Shown here: positions 9,901 through 17,000 of the stretch, piece by piece
Layout: the number at the start of each line of letters is the position of its first letter
How positions within the stretch are numbered: the first letter of the stretch is position 1
Program-made: the position numbers and the translations under genes
Notes under the pieces: model-generated
What the model was told of the DNA's origin: nothing
Database searches by the model: none
Seen by the model: only the letters and a program-made list of their open reading frames with translations
Source of the DNA: an uncultured virus (IMG/VR IMGVR_UViG_3300033066_001573)
Taxonomy: Duplodnaviria; Heunggongvirae; Uroviricota; Caudoviricetes
Strand: one strand, 5' to 3'
DNA length: 20,000 nt
Virus record (IMG/VR): IMGVR_UViG_3300033066_001573

Positions 9901-11012
9901 TGACTGCTAAATTTAGAAGGGTCTAATTCTTCCATTGTTTTCTCTGCCTGAATAAGAACGTCATAGTAATAAGGATTTTCAACTAAATGGTCTTTAACTA
10001 TTTCTCCCATTTTTTGTTTATCCTTAGTATGCTCTCTTTCAACTTTCAAACCTTTTTTAAATTGTCTGATTATTTCTTTTATAGGAACACCATGTTTTTC
10101 TGAAATATCATAAATAGATTGACTATCAGCGTATCCGCCAACTAAACTTTCTATCTCTTCTTTTCTTTCACTTATAGCCTCTCCTAATAATCCTTCAGGA
10201 ATTTCAAATCCTGCGCTCTCTATGATGAAGGCAACTTTATTTGCAGAAACAGTTCCTTCTTTAATTAATTTTTCATATTTATTTGAATCAATAGCATCAT
10301 TAATTATTTGGCTGTATCTCTTATCTGATAAGTGATTCATTTCCGAACGTTCGTACAAATAAGGAAAGCGAACCTTGTCAAGAACTTCTTCTTGATTAGC
10401 TTTCTTCATTGACCATACCGCTTGTATGTCAGGATGTAGTTCTATAAAGTCTTGGTTAATTTGCTCAAGACTATAACCTAAGCTCTTAATTATTTGAGCA
10501 GCACGTACAGGATTCATCTCTCCTTTCTCAACAGCTTTATTATATTTTCCGCTCATTAAAGCGTTACCAATAATCTTTTTAGCTAAAGAAATGAAGGCAT
10601 CATCAATAGAACCTGATGGAACTTTAATTGAGTAATTAACTAGCTTACCATCTAAATTATATTTGAAATTAAATGTATCTTCTCCTCTTTTTGAAACAGG
10701 AATAGATTTTAATTCTTCTAATGTATAATTCCAAGCATCTTTATTTTCATCAACTTTTTGAAGTTCTACTTTTTCTTCAAAGAAGATTCCCTTGAATATT
10801 TCATCAATTTCCTTTTGACTTAATATGCGATTGAATACAAATCCTTTTTGATGCCCTGAATAGTAACCACCATGATTTTCAACTCTTCTAGTTAAAAGCT
10901 TGAATTTATCCTCAACTCTATTTTTAAGTTGAATAACGTATAGCTTACTTTCTTTTTTAGTATGAGTAGCTTCTACAAATTGGTAATTAGGAGTGTCTAT
11001 TATTGTTGTCAT
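6906..11012 (-). CDS. 1368-aa polyvalent protein with DUF5661-like domain, internal repeat and LPD23+zincin module
   Basis: GLKVEREHT..EIVKDHLVENPYYY (DUF5661-like); VWEDTGW..KFKFEIDDS (LPD23-like); HETQH (8013-8027) plus downstream EKEA. Linkers MNDGG (8685-8699), YLYGG (8487-8501), YNDGG (7683-7697), MKDGG (7191-7205). Confidence 0.85.
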   Translation of the reverse strand: MTTIIDTPNYQFVEATHTKKESKLYVIQLKNRVEDKFKLLTRRVENHGGYYSGHQKGFVFNRILSQKEIDEIFKGIFFEEKVELQKVDENKDAWNYTLEELKSIPVSKRGEDTFNFKYNLDGKLVNYSIKVPSGSIDDAFISLAKKIIGNALMSGKYNKAVEKGEMNPVRAAQIIKSLGYSLEQINQDFIELHPDIQAVWSMKKANQEEVLDKVRFPYLYERSEMNHLSDKRYSQIINDAIDSNKYEKLIKEGTVSANKVAFIIESAGFEIPEGLLGEAISERKEEIESLVGGYADSQSIYDISEKHGVPIKEIIRQFKKGLKVEREHTKDKQKMGEIVKDHLVENPYYYDVLIQAEKTMEELDPSKFSSHDEYMEAFSQKQRELEGLSVEEIVELKARPIIDKIKYAHKQIGDGVPDEVESFLKNQILNHFVSLFNDVVSEYIFYTPVWLDLQNEYLTENQRNKMLMYGIYNNAHYEEDVVNKFIENVIDSEMIFGSENKKLNNIFNLLPYSPFEVPNELEYDLNPKDKNLAEIVDAFVNKTKVLTSTLGVYFGKDGVFASKFTLDIFLKGKKGYLPKNNIEEGIYGLSNSAKNILPAYGAKRLNMLKDKKAIQFFQEYMATYGNEKGEFNKGISVLTHDQIQTMFKDMSVVYSSKAYKDYVKKEVDGLKLKVSSYSILYIKQGANLFTICLGDFIEALAAIIKMGIDTVQFGVSKNGLYISENVSSLIRLEESGIRVSIKSNESEMPHGMLYYDLNKKEFLTNKVGKDSMNDGGYFDNLDKKKDEINNIISGKSKVRNEDVIKTTANYIGRSKSAGSNAKGSEYIKSEETKLIKKYLYGGELEKAPNYNLLNKAKLLIKDGISPKKVWEDTGWIYDESDKKFKFEIDDSNSDIGISLDKLVENYDNFIYKYKLSDIFNHENLYYLYPNSKDIIFVLDNEPNQEQLISALSGYKDEKFYIFITLNIKNYEKIRKSGTSDEGIESIRRKLNAVITHETQHYIQGRHDFGKAASYNEIKDAIRYYVERGRSSVIRAGNTKNSERRLAIYDFVEDNISIFSYYTYINQPAEKEAWDVYYRLSLTEEERKNIPPYYFNNYEHWKSSTHYNDGGEVSEKPKIVVHNNTNSAADKDAQKIIIEYLKNINESGHKKFYEFLKKSKQDINDYEAVFYVSKEYHDKYSNKFYSNKIIYQKYVADAYQNALNYDDANPSFIRIYRHGNIKGFAAVTEFDLFGDWDGDKYDENGYLKKELKEQAIKQLKKNLFIEDNSEMKDGGILTKKRRNKLVIKPYTGYEFAKYLKKLGYIEKDGSYKVEVLVIGDGDENDRTFEIELYDYDSVSAIGTNFYDEDQDTMEVFFKDIEYVLKDLNA
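7698..8486 (-). other. LPD23-like + zincin metallopeptidase module (copy C, intact HExxH)
   Basis: TGW..KFEIDDS..KLSDIFNHENLYYLYP..HETQHYIQ..YINQPAEKEA, bounded by YLYGG and YNDGG linkers. Confidence 0.75.
9940..10095 (-). other. DUF5661-like domain
   Basis: KKGLKVEREHTKD...EIVKDHLVENPYYYDVL matches the GxxVExEH...IAxDHLxExPxYY signature (recognised by motif only). Confidence 0.7.
10198..10575 (-). repeat. Degenerate protein-level duplication (~36-aa core, two copies ~90 aa apart)
   Basis: IIGNALMSGKYNKAVEKGEMNPVRAAQIIKSLGYSL (~10575-10468) vs IINDAIDSNKYEKLIKEGTVSANKVAFIIESAGFEI (~10307-10198). Confidence 0.65.
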
Positions 11013-11018
11013 TTACAT

Positions 11019-14000
11019 TTATTGTTTTTCTATTTCAGAAGGATTACTATCTCTTTGAGATTTATTTAACTTAATTCTATTTGCAGAATCAATACTTTCA
11101 ATTTCTAATAATTGATTTTCATATTGTAAACGTGCATTTTCACGTATTTCTTTAAGACGAATATTGAAATCAGCTTCAGCTTGTATTCTTTCAATTGATT
11201 TTTCAGGTAAGGATGTTATTTTACCCCATACTTCTTTAAGAACTCTTGCATATTTTCTCTGTTCCTTTTCAACAAAATACGATAGTCCTCTTTCTTCACC
11301 AAATCCTTCTGCTTGTTGAATGGCGTGTTGAACTTCTGTAATTGTTCCTCTGAGAACCATGTTGTACATTTCGGTGGAAGTGATTTTATTTGCTCTTTCA
11401 TAATCAATATATATTAAAATTTGTTTATCTAAATCTGTTGTTTTATCGTATGCTAAACTGAATACAAATATATTAAATTCGCCCTTAAAATCATACATTT
11501 TTGGATTATCAGTAAAATAATCCTCTTTTGACTTAAAAACTACCTTAATATCCCTTAATTCAGGATAAGCTTTAAATAATTCTCTATGTTGAATGAAGTG
11601 AATTAATGGTACATTATTTATCTTTTTATCTAAAATATCATTAATATCAATTAATAATTTAGCTTTATGGTCAGAAAACTCAAATCTCCAATTATTGTCT
11701 TTACCAACAAACACTCTACCACTATAATTCAACTTTTTAGAACCAATAATACCTCCAAACATCTTCTTTTCATTATTTGATTTTTTAGGATTATGTCCCC
11801 AAATCAATAAGGAAAGATATTTTCTTGTTTTATTTCCTTTTTCATCAATTAAATCTCCTTTTGCACCTGACATTCTTTTAACAAATCCAATCTGTCTTTT
11901 TGCCCATGCCCACATTTCATTAGTCCAATCTTCTCTTTTTGTTTTCTTCATTTTCATAATCCATCTAGCACTTTCTCTACCACTATGAATTCCTAACTCA
12001 TCCGCTTCACTCTTTTTTAATCCTGCTACTTTTCCTTCTTCGCTATCATAGAATTCTTTTAATTCAGAATAAGACATATTAATCAACTCTTTCCAATCTT
12101 TATAAATATCATCTTTTTCTTCTTTTTCTAAATAGCCTCCTTTTAGCATTTTAATATTTCCCTCATAATTCTCAATAAACTCCCTACTTGGTTTTTCACT
12201 ACAATATTCATTTGAGTTTTTAGACTCAGTCCACTCATAGTAGTATGGAGTTTCTCCATATCTATTATTATCTAATGCTTTTTGATATATATTTGAGCGA
12301 TTTTTATTTTCAGAAAACTTTGTCAAGTCTTGATATATTCTATCGTTCTTTTTAAAACATAAGCCTTCAAAATCAACTTTAATTCTTTCCCATTTTTCAT
12401 TAGCTAATAAAGTACGTTCTTTATCTTTTGCTTCTAAATCTATTCTTATTAAATTGTTTTTTCTTGTTTCTTCAATATCTCTTTTAACAGATTCAACTAA
12501 TTTATTTACATCAGTATTTTGTGAATAGTGATATTCATTCGATATTCTTTCATGATTAGTAACAGGGTGGTCGCTTATTCTAAATTTTCTGTAAACATTA
12601 AATTCATCAATAAAACTAATATATGTAGAAACACCAAAATCAGTTATAGAGGTGTTTGGCTGATTTACAAAAAAACCTTCTTTTAACAAGGCACTTCGTA
12701 ATTCATTTGCCTTTTCTTGTTGATTCTTCTTTTCTATTTCTCCATATAATAATGAACCTAAATATCCTCCATTTTCAAACTGACCATAAGAATCCATTAT
12801 TTCTTGCTCCCAATCAAATAGTTCAATGCTTTCAATTCCATCTTCTCTCCAAACGCAACCACTAGCAACATCCCAACTAAACATCCACCAAAACAAATAA
12901 CGAAGATTATAATTTTTTTGATTACCATCTTCAATTCTCACATAAGTATCGTCTATCCTAGACCAAGAAGCGGGGTCTTTAACCTCAATCCCACTATAAT
13001 CTTCAGCGACATCAACCCATTTTATTAAGAATCTATTCATATAACTACCATGTTCTTGAACGCCATACTTTTTAGTAAAATCAATAGCTTCATCAATAGT
13101 ATTTATTGACAATACTTTATCCGTAATTTTTATTTTATGAACATAATTATATCTATTTGCTAAAAAATCTAATTGATTAGAAACTTCTTCAGCCCATTCA
13201 TTTCCTATGCTATACCAAAGACCTTCAGGCTTATCTGTTTCATTTTGCTCCTGTTTATCTTCTCTAAATTTTATTTCTTTTTCACTAGAAAAAATATACC
13301 TTTCATTTTCATTTAATATACCACTATCATATACTTGTCTAATTACAGTACCTTCACTTCTATCACGATAAGCATCTTCATAATAATCCTTGTCAAAATC
13401 AGAAAACTCACCTCCATTTTTATAATTTTCATTATACTCAGGTAATTCTTTAGCATCTTTAAAATTAGATACTGTAACATTTAATATTTTATTATTACTT
13501 GGAATAGGCAATTCAAATTCGGATTCAGAAGATGAAGAATCAGAAAACAAATGATATAATCTAATAGCATTTTCCCAATCTACATTTTCTTTTGGAACAT
13601 ATCCTGATATTATTTTCAGTTTACTTAATGGTTCTCCTAAATGACGACCAAATTCTTTTGCTGAATCTAAATATATAGACCAACTTTCTCCAATTGAATA
13701 GGGGTCTAAATCAACTTCTTCTGCACTGACACATCTATAAACAGGAATGAAATCATCATCTGATATACTTTCTATAAAATCATAAATCTCTTTAACATAA
13801 AGCATCGCTTGTTCTTTATCTTGAAATTTAGCATCTTCTGAATAATCACTATCTTCCTCAGCTATCCAAACTCCGCCTTGATTTGATTCTTCTGTTTCAA
13901 TAATATCATAAGCTTCATCTAATGTTGGAAATTTATTATCAGCCATTTCTTCCCCAACAATAACTCCTCCACTCTCAAATTTTAATTCATTTAAATCAAA

Positions 14001-17000
14001 AACATTTTTACCTGAATATTCGTTTACTCTTGACTTTAAATCATAAATATATTCAGTCCAATTACGAACTATAGGTTCATCAAGTAATTTAAATTTATTA
14101 TTTCTATCATGTTCTATTATAAACTTACCTCCTTCATGGAATACATATCCTAAAGAAGCTGTAGATTGTCTAATTTTATCAATAGAATTATGATGCTCCT
14201 TCCCCCAACTTCCATTTTCTAAAGGGCTTTGTTCACTTAAATACTTGTATAAATCTAAACACAATTTATGAGCATCTTTAAATTCACCCATATTTCCTAA
14301 AGCTTCGATTCTATCAATATCAGATTTAACTTTATCTGACAAAATCAAACTAATTATTGAATCAACATATTCTTTTGGATAGTCTTTATAATAAATATGC
14401 TCATATATATTTTCATTAATAGTACCTCCATTTTCCATTTTGGAATTTAGAATATTTTCAACTTTACGTTTTTGCCTTGCTACTCTATTTTTTAAATCAT
14501 AAAGACCTCTTGGATTAACACCTCCATTTTCTTCAACTCTCTTTGAAATCCAAGCCCAAGTTAATTGCTCAATTGTGGTTCTTGATATTGGTCTTTTTTT
14601 ATAGCTTTCAGTTCCATACACATAATCATTATCTTGTCTGTATGTAACATCTCCCATAGCATAATTAGAATAAGCTCCTTTTTTATAAGACTCTATTATT
14701 GCTGAAAACTTACTATCTTCTCCAACTTCTTTTATCTCAGGTTTTTCAGCCTTTTCAAATTTCGCATAAAGGTCATCGTATTCTTTTTTCTGCGATTCAA
14801 GTATAGCTAATTGCATTTGTTGTTTAGCTAATGTTTTTGATGCCGTTACTAAGTTTGGAAATGATTTTAATTCCTTCTTATCTAAGTAACCCAAAAGCAC
14901 AGGAACAGAATCAGAACTAACTGTTTTGTATTCTCCACTAGGCATTAAAATAGTATACTGATGAACTATATCTCTTCCTGTTTCAGCACTAATTTCAGCC
15001 TGAGTCCAATCAGAAACTCTTTTACTAACTAATTCACCTTCATAATTAGGCTTCATAGTCCATTCATAAGACCATGTATAAGAAATTAATTTAGCTCCAT
15101 TTTTACCTTCTAATGGTGGGTCAAAAACCACTGTTTCAGTAGGTCTAAATCTACTACTAGCAGAAATAACTTTATCAAAAGAAACTCCTCCTCCATCTTC
15201 AAACCTTATATCAGGATTATTAGAATCAAAAGTAGTGTTAGTTCCATCTGAAAGTTTTATCTGTTCAGGATAAAAAGCAATCCAAGAAACAGTAGATGTA
15301 ACTTCAAATTCATCATCATGATAGTCTTTTCTGTTTTCTATTGTACCTTCATGAAATTTAACTCCATCATAACCATTTCTTTTAAAGCTATCTATAATAT
15401 CATTGTTTGCTAAAAAAGCTATAAGGGGCTGTTCATTTTTAATAATTTGATTTTTCCAAGTATCATGAAATGAATCTATCTCATAAGGCAAATGCTTTAT
15501 AAATTCTTCCATGCTAATGTCTTCATACCCATCCTTTATTGATGTTAAGTCAATCGGATTTTTAATAGATAAGAAAACATTATAAATCATTTCATTTTCA
15601 ACATCAATCCTATATCTTTTCTTAGCTAATATGAAGTTTTTAGAAAAATTATAATCTTCTGCAAAGTAACCTACTGTTGGAAATCTTTTAGAATCAAACT
15701 TGGTAAAGCCTCCTTTTATAGTTCCATGATAGCACTCTTTAGGTTCTCCATTAGAATCTACTACTTTACTTGCATTTTCAGGGTCTTCAATCCAATTTCC
15801 GAACCACGAAATAAAATCGGGACTTCTCACTAATTTATATTGCTCAGGGGTTAAATTACTAGGTTTACCATTAGGCGCAAGTAAATCATATTCAACCTGT
15901 ACTTTAATTTTATTTTTCAAGTCACCACCTTGTTCAAACTTATTTGAATCAATAAATGATTGACCTTGTTCTGTAGGCTCGTGAAAAACAACATCATTTG
16001 AATTAAATACTTTTTTAGCGTATTGAATCATAAATGAGTTAATATGATTTCTTTTAGCAGAAGGTCTTACTGACATAAAGTGAATAACAATTTTATTATT
16101 AGCTTCATCGTAGTATCCTTGAACCATACCTAAAAGATTCTTAGCTCCTTTAAATTTATTTTGCCATTTAGAAGTCCATATTTCATCAATAATGCCTACA
16201 CTATTAAATGAGAATCCTTTCATTCTGTTTGGGAACATAAGGAAGTCATATTCTCCACTATTTATTTTAGGAGCAAATTCTGTTGTATCATAAAACCAAA
16301 TAAGGAATCTATTTTTAGCAAAGAAAATATTACCTTCTTGCTCATGGTAAATACCAATATATTTTTCAACTTCATCTAAAGGCATATCACGAAGAGCATT
16401 ATCTCCTTCGTAAACCTTCTTCTTTTCAATTTTAAGTTCGCCTCCATTGCTCATTTTGGCTTTAACCTTAAGAACACATCTTTCGTACTTATCTAAACCT
16501 TCTTCAGACCAATCACTTCTTTTTTGAGTATCTTCTGTTTTACCAATACTAGTAGTACAAACTGCATAAGGATTTATAGAGCCACCTTTTTTCATGGCTT
16601 CAGGTGAATAATTTAATTCAGATGGAAACGATTTATCTTTATTTATAAATCTTTGAACTACAGCTCTTGCTTCAACTTCAGCAGGGTCATTATAGTATAA
16701 TTCATGTAAATATGAACTCTCATTTACTATTAAATAGTTTAAGTAATTTTCTAAATCGTACTTATCATTAGATACATCTGAACCTATCGAGTTGGAAACA
16801 TCTTGAAGTTGTATCCTCGCTCGTTCAATTTCTTCACTAAATTGTTTCCTTCTTTCACTATCCGTTGAGCTTCTTCTATTTCCTCTTTGGTTCTGAAGTA
16901 TGTGCTGCATTTCGTGTAAAGCGCAGAGTCCGATACTTGATTCGTTTGGATATTTTTTTCGTTCTTCTCCATGTTCTTTAATATATTTGAAATCTATGTA

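Noticed and set aside
7877..16972. Alternative-frame minus-strand ORFs 7877-8104, 11216-11407 and 16784-16972, each overlapping a zincin HExxH region
   Set aside because: The coincidence is curious, but their translations do not clearly resemble one another. Locally higher GC in these paralogous regions explains the scarcity of stops.
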